NCBI GenBank assembly: GCA_032718475.1
Contig: JAUCBJ010006717.1
Span: forward strand, 82,374 to 146,373
Source: Nemertoderma westbladi
Taxonomy: Eukaryota > Animalia > Xenacoelomorpha
Direction of reading: 5' to 3'
DNA length: 64,000 nucleotides
Shown here: positions 18,001 through 33,000 of the stretch, piece by piece
Layout: each line of letters starts with the position of its first letter
Numbering within the stretch: the first letter of the stretch is position 1
Notes under the pieces: model-generated
What the model saw: only the letters and a program-made list of their open reading frames with translations
Told to the model about the DNA's origin: nothing
The model's database searches: none
Translations under genes and position numbers: made by a program

Positions 18001-21000
18001 ATGAACTATCAGAATGGAATGAACTATCAGAATGGAATGAACTATCAGAATGGAATGAATGAACTATCAGAATGGAATGAACTATCAGAATGGAATGAAC
18101 TATCAGAATGGAATGAACTATCAGAATGGAATGAACTATCAGAATGGAATGAACTATCAGAATGGAATGAACTATCAGAATGGAATGAACTATCAGAATG
18201 GAATGAACTATCAGAATGGAATGGACTATCAGAATGGAATGAACTATCAGAATGGAATGAACTATCAGAATGGAATGAACTATCAGAATGGAATGAATGA
18301 ACTATCAGAATGGAATGAACAATCAGAATGGAATGAATGAACTATCAGAATGGAATGAACTATCAGAATGGAATGAACTATCAGAATGGAATGAACTATC
18401 AGAATGGAATGAACTATCAGAATGGAATGAACTATCAGAATGGAATGAACTATCAGAATGGAATGAACAATCAGAATGGAATGAATGAACTATCAGAATG
18501 GAATGAACTATCAGAATGGAATGAACTATCAGAATGGAATGAACTATCAGAATGGAATGAATGAACTATCAGAATGGAATGAACAATCAGAATGGAATGA
18601 ATGAACTATCAGAATGGAATGAACTATCAGAATGGAATGAACTATCAGAATGGAATGAACTATCAGAATGGAATGAATGAACTATCAGTATGGAATGAAC
18701 TATCAGAATGGAATGAACTATCAGAATGGAATGAACTATCAGAATGGAATGAACTATCAGTATGGAATGAATGAACTATCAGAATGGAATGAACAATCAG
18801 AATGGAATGAATGAACTATCAGAATGGAATGAACTATCAGAATGGAATGAACTATCAGAATGGAATGAACTATCAGAATGGAATGAACTATCAGAATGGA
18901 ATGAACTATCAGAATGGAATGAACTATCAGAATGGAATGAATGAACTATCAGAATGGAATGAACTATCAGAATGGAATGAACTATCAGAATGGAATGAAC
19001 TATCAGAATGGAATGAACTATCAGAATGGAATGAATGAACTATCAGAATGGAATGAATGAACTATCAGAATGGAATGAACTATCAGAATGGAATGAACTA
19101 TCAGAATGGAATGAACTATCAGAATGGAATGAACTATCAGAATGGAATGAACTATCAGAATGGAATGAACTATCAGAATGGAATGAATGAACTATCAGAA
19201 TGGAATGAACTATCAGAATGGAATGAACTATCAGAATGGAATGAACTATCAGAATGGAATGAACTATCAGAATGGAATGAATGAACTATCAGAATGGAAT
19301 GAACTATCAGAATGGAATGAACTATCAGAATGGAACGAATGAACTATCAGAATGGAATGAACTATCAGAATGGAATGAACTATCAGAATGGAATTAACAA
19401 TCAGAATGGAATGAACTATCAGAATGGAATGAACTATCAGAATGGAATGAACTATCAGAATGGAATGAATGAACTATCAGAATGGAATGAACAATCATAA
19501 TGGAATGAACTATCAGAATGGAATGAACTATCAGAATGGAATGAACTATCAGAATGGAATGAACTATCAGAATGGAATGAACTATCAGAATGGAATGAAC
19601 TATCAGAATGGAATGAACTATCAGAATGGAATGAACTATCAGAATGGAATGAACTATCAGAATGGAATGAATGAACTATCAGAATGGAATGAACTATCAG
19701 AATGGAATGAACTATCAGAATGGAATGAACTATCAGAATGGAATGAACTATCAGAATGGAATGAACTATCAGAATGGAATGAACTATCAGAATGGAATGA
19801 ACAATCAGAATGGAATGAATGAACTATCAGAATGGAATGAACTATCAGAATGGAATGAACTATCAGAATGGAATGAACTATCAGAATGGAATGAACTATC
19901 AGAATGGAATGAATGAACTATCAGAATGGAATGAACAATCAGAATGGAATGAATGAACTATCAGAATGGAATGAACTATCAGAATGGAATGAACTATCAG
20001 AATGGAATGAACTATCAGAATGGAATGAACTATCAGAATGGAATGAATGAACTATCAGAATGGAATGAACTATCAGAATGGAATGAACTATCAGAATGGA
20101 ATGAACTATCAGAATGGAATGAACTATCAGAATGGAATGAATGAACTATCAGAATGGAATGAATGAACTATCAGAATGGAATGAACTATCAGAATGGAAT
20201 GAACTATCAGAATGGAATGAACTATCAGAATGGAATGAACTATCAGAATGGAATGAACTATCAGAATGGAATGAACTATCAGAATGGAATGAATGAACTA
20301 TCAGAATGGAATGAACTATCAGAATGGAATGAACTATCAGAATGGAATGAACTATCAGAATGGAATGAACTATCAGAATGGAATGAATGAACTATCAGAA
20401 TGGAATGAACTATCAGAATGGAATGAACTATCAGAATGGAACGAATGAACTATCAGAATGGAATGAACTATCAGAATGGAATGAACTATCAGAATGGAAT
20501 TAACAATCAGAATGGAATGAACTATCAGAATGGAATGAACTATCAGAATGGAATGAACTATCAGAATGGAATGAATGAACTATCAGAATGGAATGAACAA
20601 TCATAATGGAATGAACTATCAGAATGGAATGAACTATCAGAATGGAATGAACTATCAGAATGGAATGAACTATCAGAATGGAATGAACTATCAGAATGGA
20701 ATGAACTATCAGAATGGAATGAACTATCAGAATGGAATGAACTATCAGAATGGAATGAACTATCAGAATGGAATGAACTATCAGAATGGAATGAACTATC
20801 AGAATGGAATGAACTATCAGAATGGAATGAACTATCAGAATGGAATGAACAATCAGAATGGAATGAACTATCAGAATGGAATGAACTATCAGAATGGAAT
20901 GAACTATCAGAATGGAATGAACTATCAGAATGGAATGAACTATCAGAATGGAATGAACTATCAGAATGGAATGAACAATCATAATGGAATGAACTATCAG

Positions 21001-24000
21001 AATGGAATGAACTATCAGAATGGAATGAACTATCAGAATGGAATGAACTATCAGAATGGAATGAATGAACTATCAGAATGGAATGAACTATCAGAATGGA
21101 ATGAACTATCAGAATGGAATGAACTATCAGAATGGAATGAACTATCAGAATGGAATGAACTATCAGAATGGAATGAACTATCAGAATGGAATGAATGAAC
21201 TATCAGAATGGAATGAACTATCAGAATGGAATGAACTATCAGAATGGAATGAACTATCAGAATGGAATGAACAATCAGAATGGAATGAACTATCAGAATG
21301 GAATGAACTATCAGAATGGAATGAACTTTCAGAATGGAATGAATGAACTATCAGAATGGAATGAACTATCAGAATGGAATGAACTATCAGAATGGAATGA
21401 ACTATCAGAATGGAATGAATGAACTATCAGAATGGAATGAACTATCAGAATGGAATGAACTATCAGAATGGAATGAACTATCAGAATGGAATGAACTATC
21501 AGAATGGAATGAACTATCAGAATGGAATGAACTATCAGAATGGAATGAACTATCAGAATGGAATGAACTATCAGAATGGAATGAACTATCAGAATGGAAT
21601 GAACTATCAGAATGGAATGAACTATCAGAATGGAATGAACTATCAGAATGGAATGAATGAACTATCAGAATGGAATGAACAATCAGAATGGAATGAATGA
21701 ACTATCAGAATGGAATGAACTATCAGAATGGAATGAACTATCAGAATGGAATGAACTATCAGAATGGAATGAACTATCAGAATGGAATGAACTATCAGAA
21801 TGGAATGAACTATCAGAATGGAATGAACTATCAGAATGGAATGAACAATCAGAATGGAATGAATGAACTATCAGAATGGAATGAACTATCAGAATGGAAT
21901 GAACTATCAGAATGGAATGAACTATCAGAATGGAATGAACTATCAGAATGGAATGAATGAACTATCAGAATGGAATGAACAATCAGAATGGAATGAATGA
22001 ACTATCAGAATGGAATGAACTATCAGAATGGAATGAACTATCAGAATGGAATGAACTATCAGAATGGAATGAATGAACTATCAGAATGGAATGAACTATC
22101 AGTATGGAATGAACTATCAGAATGGAATGAACTATCAGAATGGAATGAACTATCAGAATGGAATGAACTATCAGTATGGAATGAATGAACTATCAGAATG
22201 GAATGAACAATCAGAATGGAATGAATGAGCTATCAGAATGGAATGAACTATCAGAATGGAATGAACTATCAGAATGGAATGAACTATCAGAATGGAATGA
22301 ACTATCAGAATGGAATGAACTATCAGAATGGAATGAACTATCAGAATGGAATGAACTATCAGAATGGAATGAACTATCAGAATGGAATGAACTATCAGAA
22401 TGGAATGAACTATCAGAATGGAATGAACTATCAGAATGGAATGAACTATCAGAATGGAATGAATGAACTATCAGAATGGAATGAATGAACTATCAGAATG
22501 GAATGAACTATCAGAATGGAATGAACTATCAGAATGGAATGAACTATCAGAATGGAATGAACTATCAGAATGGAATGAACTATCAGAATGGAATGAACTA
22601 TCAGAATGGAATGAATGAACTATCAGAATGGAATGAACTATCAGAATGGAATGAACTATCAGAATGGAATGAACTATCAGAATGGAATGAACTATCAGAA
22701 TGGAATGAATGAACTATCAGAATGGAATGAACTATCAGAATGGAATGAACTATCAGAATGGAACGAATGAACTATCAGAATGGAATGAACTATCAGAATG
22801 GAATGAACTATCAGAATGGAATTAACAATCAGAATGGAATGAACTATCAGAATGGAATGAACTATCAGAATGGAATGAACTATCAGAATGGAATGAATGA
22901 ACTATCAGAATGGAATGAACTATCAGAATGGAATTAACAATCAGAATGGAATGAACTATCAGAATGGAATGAACTATCAGAATGGAATGAACTATCAGAA
23001 TGGAATGAATGAACTATCAGAATGGAATGAACTATCAGAATGGAATGAACTATCAGAATGGAATGAACTATCAGAATGGAATGAACTATCAGAATGGAAT
23101 GAATGAACTATCAGAATGGAATGAACTATCAGAATGGAATGAACTATCAGAATGGAATGAACTATCAGAATGGAACGAATGAACTATCAGAATGGAATGA
23201 ACTATCAGAATGGAATGAACTATCAGAATAGAATGAACTATCAGAATGGAATGAACTATCAGAATGGAATGAACTATCAGAATGGAATGAACTATCGGAA
23301 TGGAATTAACAATCAGAATGGAATGAACTATCAGAATGGAATGAACTATCAGAATGGAATGAACTATCAGAATGGAATGAACTATCAGAATGGAATTAAC
23401 AATCAGAATGGAATGAATGAACTATCAGAATGGAATGAACTATCAGAATGGAATGAACTATCAGAATGGAATTAACAATCAGAATGGAATTAACTATCAG
23501 AATGGAATGAACAACCAGTATGGAATGTATGAACTATCAGAATGGAATGAACTATCAGAATGGAATTAACAATCAGAATGGAATGAACTATCAGAATGGA
23601 ATGAACTATCAGAATGGAATGAACTATCAGAATGGAATGAACTATCAGAATGGAATTAACAATCAGAATGGAATGAATGAACTATCAGAATGGAATGAAT
23701 GAACTATCAGAATGGAATGAACTATCAGAATGGAATGAACTATCAGAATGGAATGAACTATCAGAATGGAATGAACTATCAGAATGGAATGAATGAACTA
23801 TCAGAATGGAATGAACTATCAGAATGGAATGAACTATCAGAATGGAATTAACAATCAGAATGGAATTAACTATCAGAATGGAATGAACAACCAGTATGGA
23901 ATGTATGAACTATCAGAATGGAATGAACTATCAGAATGGAATGAACTATCAGAATGGAATGAACTATCAGAATGGAATGAACTATCAGAATGGAATGAAC

Positions 24001-27000
24001 TATCAGAATGGAATGAATGATCAGAATGGAATGAACTATCAGAATGGAATGAATGAACTATCAGAATGGAATGAACTATCAGAATGGAATGAACTATCAG
24101 AATGGAATTAACAATCAGAATGGAATTAACTATCAGAATGGAATGAACAACCAGTATGGAATGTATGAACTATCAGAATGGAATGAACTATCAGAATGGA
24201 ATGAACTATCAGAATGGAATGAACTATCAGAATGGAATGAACTATCAGAATGGAATTAACAATCAGAATGGAATGAACTATCAGAATGGAATGAACTATC
24301 AGAATGGAATGAACTATCAGAATGGAATGAACTATCAGAATGGAATGAACTATCAGAATGGAATGTATGAACTATCAGAATGGAATGAACTATCAGAATG
24401 GAATGAACTATCAGAATGGAATTAACAATCAGAATGGAATTAACTATCAGAATGGAATGAACAACCAGTATGGAATGTATGAACTATCAGAATGGAATGA
24501 ACTATCAGAATGGAATGAACTATCAGAATGGAATGAACTATCAGAATGGAATGAACTATCAGAATGGAATGAACTATCAGAATGGAATGAATGAACTACC
24601 AGAATGGAATTAACAATCAGAATGGAATGAACTATCAGAATGGAATGAACTATCAGAATGGAATGGACTATCAGAATGGAATGAACTATCAGAATGGAAT
24701 GAGCTATCAGAATGGAATGAACAATCAGAATGGAATTAACAATCAGAATGGAATGAACTATCAGAATGGAATGAACTATCAGAATGGAATGAACTATCAG
24801 AATGGAATGAACAATCAGAATGGAATTAACAATCAGAATGGAATGAACTATCAGAATGGAATGAACAACCAGTATGGAATGAACTATCAGAATGGAATGA
24901 ACTATCAGAATGGAATGAACTATCAGAATGGAATGAACTATCAGAATGGAATGAACTATAAAAATGGAATTAACTATCAGAATGGAATGAACAACCAGTA
25001 TGGAATGAACTATCAGAATGGAATGAACAATCAGAATGGAATGAACTATCAGAATGGAATGAACTATCAGAATGGAATGAACAACCAGTATGGAATGAAC
25101 TATCAGAATGGAATGAACTATCAGAATGGAATGAACTATCAGAATGGAATGAACTATCAGAATGGAATGAACTATCAGAATGGAATGAACTATCAGAATG
25201 GAATGAACAATCAGAATGGAATTAATGAACTATCAGAATGGAATGAACTATCAGAATGGAATGAACTATCAGAATGGAATGAACTATCAGAATGGAATGA
25301 ACTATCAGAATGGAATGAACTATCAGAATGGAATGAACAATCAGAATGGAATGAACTATCAGAATGGAATGAACTATCAGAATGGAATGAACTATCAGAA
25401 TGGAATGAACTATCAGAATGGAATGAACTATCAGAATGGAATGAACTATCAGAATGGAATGAACTATCAGAATGGAATGAACTATCAGAATGGAATGAAC
25501 TATCAGAATGGAATGAACAATCAGAATGGAATTAACAATCAGAATGGAATGAACTATCAGAATGGAATGAACTATCAGAATGGAATGAACTATCAGAATG
25601 GAATGAACTATCAGAATGGAATGAACTATCAGAATGGAATGAACAATCAGAATGGAATTAACAATCAGAATGGAATGAACTATCAGAATGGAATGAACTA
25701 TCGGAATGGAATGAACTATCAGAATGGAATGAACAACCAGTATGGAATGAACTATCAGAATGGAATGAACTATCAGAATGGAATGAACAATCAGAATGGA
25801 ATGAACTATCAGAATGGAATGAACTATCAGAATGGAATGAACAACCAGTATGGAATGAACTATCAGAATGGAATGAACTATCAGAATGGAATGAACAATC
25901 AGAATGGAATGAACTATCAGAATGGAATGAACTATCAGAATGGAATGAACAACCAGTATGGAATGTATGAACTATCAGAATGGAATGAACTATCAGAATG
26001 GAATGAACAACCAGTATGGAATGAACTATCAGAATGGAATGAACTATCAGAATGGAATGAACAATCAGAATGGAATGAACTATCAGAATGGAATGAACTA
26101 TCAGAATGGAATGAACTATCAGAATGGAATGAACTATCAGAATGGAATGAACTATCAGAATGGAATGAACTATCAGAATGGAATGAACTATCAGAATGGA
26201 ATGAACAATCAGAATGGAATTAACAATCAGAATGGAATGAACTATCAGAATGGAATGAACTATCAGAATGGAATGAACTATCAGAATGGAATGAACTATC
26301 AGAATGGAATGAACAACCAGTATGGAATGAACTATCAGAATGGAATGAACTATCAGAATGGAATGAACAATCAGAATGGAATGAACTATCAGAATGGAAT
26401 GAACTATCAGAATGGAATGAACTATCAGAATGGAATGTAATATCAGAATGGAATGAACTATCAGAATGGAATGAACTATCAGAATGGAATGCACTATCAG
26501 AATGGAATGAACTATCAGAATGGAATGAACTATAAAAATGGAATTAACTATCAGAATGGAATGAACAACCAGTATGGAATGTATGAACTATCAGAATGGA
26601 ATGAACTATCAGAATGGAATGAACTATCAGAATGGAATGAACTATCACAATGGAATGAACTATCAGAATGGAATGAACTATCAGAATGGAATGAACTATC
26701 AGAATGGAATGAACTATCAGAATGATGGAATGAACTATCAGAATGGAATGAATGAACTATCAGAATGGAATGAACTATCAGAATGGAATGAACTATCAGA
26801 ATGGAATGAACTATCAGAATGGAATGAACTATCAGAATGGAATGAACAATCAGAATGGAATGAATGAACTATCAGAATGGAATGAACAATCAGAATGGAA
26901 TGAACAATCAGAATGGAATGAATGAACTATCAGAATGGAATGAACAATCAGAATGGAATGAACTATCAGAATGGAATGAACTATCAGAATGGAATGAACT

Positions 27001-30000
27001 ATCAGAATGGAATGAACTATCAGAATGGAATGAACTATCAGAATGGAATGAAGAATCAGAATGGAATGAACTATCAGAATGGAATGGCCAATCAGAATGG
27101 AATGAACTATCAGAATGGAATGGCCAATCAGAATGGAATGAACTATCAGAATGGAATGAACTATCAGAATGGAATGAACAATCAGAATGGAATGAATGAA
27201 CTATCAGAATGGAATGAACTATCAGAATGATGGAATGAACTATCAGAATGGAATGAATGAACTATCAGAATGGAATGAACTATCAGAATGGAATGAACTA
27301 TAAAAATGGAATGAACTATCAGAATGGAATGAACTATCAGAATGGAATGAACTATCAGAATGGAATGAACTATCAGAATGGAATGAACAATCAGAATGGA
27401 ATGAACAATCAGAATGGAATGAACTATCAGAATGGAATTAACAATCAGAATGGAATGAACTATCAGAATGGAATGAACTATCAGAATGGAATGAACTATC
27501 AGAATGGAATGAACTATCAGAATGGAATGAACAATCAGAATGGAATTAACAATCAGAATGGAATGAACTATCAGAATGGAATGAACAACCAGTATGGAAT
27601 GAACTATCAGAATGGAATGAACTATCAGAATGGAATGAACTATCAGAATGGAATGAACTATCAGAATGGAATGAACTATAAAAATGGAATTAACTATCAG
27701 AATGGAATGAACAACCAGTATGGAATGAACTATCAGAATGGAATGAACAATCAGAATGGAATGAACTATCAGAATGGAATGAACTATCAGAATGGAATGA
27801 ACAACCAGTATGGAATGAACTATCAGAATGGAATGAACTATCAGAATGGAATGAACTATCAGAATGGAATGAACTATCAGAATGGAATGAACTATCAGAA
27901 TGGAATGAACTATCAGAATGGAATGAACAATCAGAATGGAATTAATGAACTATCAGAATGGAATGAACTATCAGAATGGAATGAACTATCAGAATGGAAT
28001 GAACTATCAGAATGGAATGAACTATCAGAATGGAATGAACTATCAGAATGGAATGAACAATCAGAATGGAATGAACTATCAGAATGGAATGAACTATCAG
28101 AATGGAATGAACTATCAGAATGGAATGAACTATCAGAATGGAGTGAACTATCAGAATGGAATGAACTATCAGAATGGAATGAACTATCAGAATGGAATGA
28201 ACTATCAGAATGGAATGAACTATCAGAATGGAATGAACAATCAGAATGGAATTAACAATCAGAATGGAATGAACTATCAGAATGGAATGAACTATCAGAA
28301 TGGAATGAACTATCAGAATGGAATGAACTATCAGAATGGAATGAACTATCAGAATGGAATGAACAATCAGAATGGAATTAACAATCAGAATGGAATGAAC
28401 TATCAGAATGGAATGAACTATCGGAATGGAATGAACTATCAGAATGGAATGAACAACCAGTATGGAATGAACTATCAGAATGGAATGAACTATCAGAATG
28501 GAATGAACAATCAGAATGGAATGAACTATCAGAATGGAATGAACTATCAGAATGGAATGAACAACCAGTATGGAATGAACTATCAGAATGGAATGAACTA
28601 TCAGAATGGAATGAACAATCAGAATGGAATGAACTATCAGAATGGAATGAACTATCAGAATGGAATGAACAACCAGTATGGAATGTATGAACTATCAGAA
28701 TGGAATGAACTATCAGAATGGAATGAACAACCAGTATGGAATGAACTATCAGAATGGAATGAACTATCAGAATGGAATGAACAATCAGAATGGAATGAAC
28801 TATCAGAATGGAATGAACTATCAGAATGGAATGAACTATCAGAATGGAATGAACTATCAGAATGGAATGAACTATCAGAATGGAATGAACTATCAGAATG
28901 GAATGAACTATCAGAATGGAATGAACAATCAGAATGGAATTAACAATCAGAATGGAATGAACTATCAGAATGGAATGAACTATCAGAATGGAATGAACTA
29001 TCAGAATGGAATGAACTATCAGAATGGAATGAACAACCAGTATGGAATGAACTATCAGAATGGAATGAACTATCAGAATGGAATGAACAATCAGAATGGA
29101 ATGAACTATCAGAATGGAATGAACTATCAGAATGGAATGAACTATCAGAATGGAATGTAATATCAGAATGGAATGAACTATCAGAATGGAATGAACTATC
29201 AGAATGGAATGCACTATCAGAATGGAATGAACTATCAGAATGGAATGAACTATAAAAATGGAATTAACTATCAGAATGGAATGAACAACCAGTATGGAAT
29301 GTATGAACTATCAGAATGGAATGAACTATCAGAATGGAATGAACTATCAGAATGGAATGAACTATCACAATGGAATGAACTATCAGAATGGAATGAACTA
29401 TCAGAATGGAATGAACTATCAGAATGGAATGAACTATCAGAATGATGGAATGAACTATCAGAATGGAATGAATGAACTATCAGAATGGAATGAACTATCA
29501 GAATGGAATGAACTATCAGAATGGAATGAACTATCAGAATGGAATGAACTATCAGAATGGAATGAACAATCAGAATGGAATGAATGAACTATCAGAATGG
29601 AATGAACAATCAGAATGGAATGAACAATCAGAATGGAATGAATGAACTATCAGAATGGAATGAACAATCAGAATGGAATGAACTATCAGAATGGAATGAA
29701 CTATCAGAATGGAATGAACTATCAGAATGGAATGAACTATCAGAATGGAATGAACTATCAGAATGGAATGAAGAATCAGAATGGAATGAACTATCAGAAT
29801 GGAATGGCCAATCAGAATGGAATGAACTATCAGAATGGAATGGCCAATCAGAATGGAATGAACTATCAGAATGGAATGAACTATCAGAATGGAATGAACA
29901 ATCAGAATGGAATGAATGAACTATCAGAATGGAATGAACTATCAGAATGATGGAATGAACTATCAGAATGGAATGAATGAACTATCAGAATGGAATGAAC

Positions 30001-33000
30001 TATCAGAATGGAATGAACTATAAAAATGGAATGAACTATCAGAATGGAATGAACTATCAGAATGGAATGAACTATCAGAATGGAATGAACTATCAGAATG
30101 GAATGAACAATCAGAATGGAATGAACAATCAGAATGGAATGAACTATCAGAATGGAATTAACAATCAGAATGGAATGAACTATCAGAATGGAATGAACTA
30201 TCAGAATGGAATGAACTATCAGAATGGAATTAACAATCAGAATGGAATGAACTATCAGAATGGAATGAACTATCAGAATGGAATGAACTATCAGAATGGA
30301 ATGAACTATCAGAATGGAATGAACTATCAGAATGGAATGAACTATCAGAATGGAATGAACTATCAGAATGGAATTAACAATCAGAATGGAATGAACTATC
30401 AGAATGGAATGAACTATCAGAATGGAATGAACTATCAGAATGGAATGAACTATCAGAATGGAATGAACTATCAGAATGGAATGAACTATCAGAATGGAAT
30501 GAACTATCAGAATGGAATGAACTATCAGAATGGAATGAACAATCAGAATGGAATTAACAATCAGAATGGAATGAACTATCAGAATGGAATGAACTATCAG
30601 AATGGAATGAACTATCAGAATGGAATGAACTATCAGAATGGAATGAACAACCAGTATGGAATGAACTATCAGAATGGAATGAACTATCAGAATGGAATGA
30701 ACAATCAGAATGGAATGAACTATCAGAATGGAATGAACTATCAGAATGGAATGAACTATCAGAATGGAATGTAATATCAGAATGGAATGAACTATCAGAA
30801 TGGAATGAACTATCAGAATGGAATGCACTATCAGAATGGAATGAACTATCAGAATGGAATGAACTATAAAAATGGAATTAACTATCAGAATGGAATGAAC
30901 AACCAGTATGGAATGTATGAACTATCAGAATGGAATGAACTATCAGAATGGAATGAACTATCAGAATGGAATGAACTATCACAATGGAATGAACTATCAG
31001 AATGGAATGAACTATCAGAATGGAATGAACTATCAGAATGGAATGAACTATCAGAATGATGGAATGAACTATCAGAATGGAATGAATGAACTATCAGAAT
31101 GGAATGAACTATCAGAATGGAATGAACTATCAGAATGGAATGAACTATCAGAATGGAATGAACTATCAGAATGGAATGAACAATCAGAATGGAATGAATG
31201 AACTATCAGAATGGAATGAACAATCAGAATGGAATGAACAATCAGAATGGAATGAATGAACTATCAGAATGGAATGAACAATCAGAATGGAATGAACTAT
31301 CAGAATGGAATGAACTATCAGAATGGAATGAACTATCAGAATGGAATGAACTATCAGAATGGAATGAACTATCAGAATGGAATGAAGAATCAGAATGGAA
31401 TGAACTATCAGAATGGAATGGCCAATCAGAATGGAATGAACTATCAGAATGGAATGGCCAATCAGAATGGAATGAACTATCAGAATGGAATGAACTATCA
31501 GAATGGAATGAACAATCAGAATGGAATGAATGAACTATCAGAATGGAATGAACTATCAGAATGATGGAATGAACTATCAGAATGGAATGAATGAACTATC
31601 AGAATGGAATGAACTATCAGAATGGAATGAACTATAAAAATGGAATGAACTATCAGAATGGAATGAACTATCAGAATGGAATGAACTATCAGAATGGAAT
31701 GAACTATCAGAATGGAATGAACAATCAGAATGGAATGAACAATCAGAATGGAATGAACTATCAGAATGGAATTAACAATCAGAATGGAATGAACTATCAG
31801 AATGGAATGAACTATCAGAATGGAATGAACTATCAGAATGGAATTAACAATCAGAATGGAATGAACTATCAGAATGGAATGAACTATCAGAATGGAATGA
31901 ACTATCAGAATGGAATGAACTATCAGAATGGAATGAACTATCAGAATGGAATGAACTATCAGAATGGAATGAACTATCAGAATGGAATTAACAATCAGAA
32001 TGGAATGAACTATCAGAATGGAATGAACTATCAGAATGGAATGAACTATCAGAATGGAATGAACTATCAGAATGGAATGAACTATCAGAATGGAATGAAC
32101 TATCAGAATGGAATGAACTATCAGAATGGAATGAACTATCAGAATGGAATGAACTATCAGAATGGAATTAACAACCAGTATGGAATGAATGAACTATCAG
32201 AATGGAATGAACAATCAGAATGGAATGAACTATCAGAATGGAATGAACTATCAGAATGGAATGAACTATCAGAATGGAATGAACTATCAGAATGGAATTA
32301 ACAATCAGAATGGAATGAACTATCAGAATGGAATTAACTATCAGAATGGAATGAACAACCAGTATGGAATGAATGAACTATCAGAATGGAATGAACAACC
32401 AGTATGGAATGAATGAACTATCAGAATGGAATGAACTATCAGAATGGAATGAACTATCAGAATGGAATGAACTATCAGAATGGAATGAACTATCAGAATG
32501 GAATGAACTATCAGAATGGAATGAACTATCAGAATGGAATGAACTATCAGAATGGAATGAATGAACTATCAGAATGGAATGAACTATCAGAATGGAATGA
32601 ACTATCAGAATGGAATGAACTATCAGAATGGAATGAACTATCAGAATGGAATGAACTATCAGAATGGAATGAACTATCAGAATGGAATGAACTATCAGAA
32701 TGGAATGAACTATCAGAATGGAATGAACTATCAGAATGGAATGAACTATCAGAATGGAATGAACTATAAAAATGGAATGAACTATCAGAATGGAATGAAC
32801 TATCAGAATGGAATGAACAATCAGAATGGAATGAACTATCAGAATGGAATGAACTATCAGAATGGAATGAACTATAAAAATGGAATTAACAATCAGAATG
32901 GAATTAACAATCAGAATGGAATGAACTATAAAAATGGAATGAACTATCAGAATGGAATGAACTATCAGAATGGAATGAACAATCAGAATGGAATGAACTA

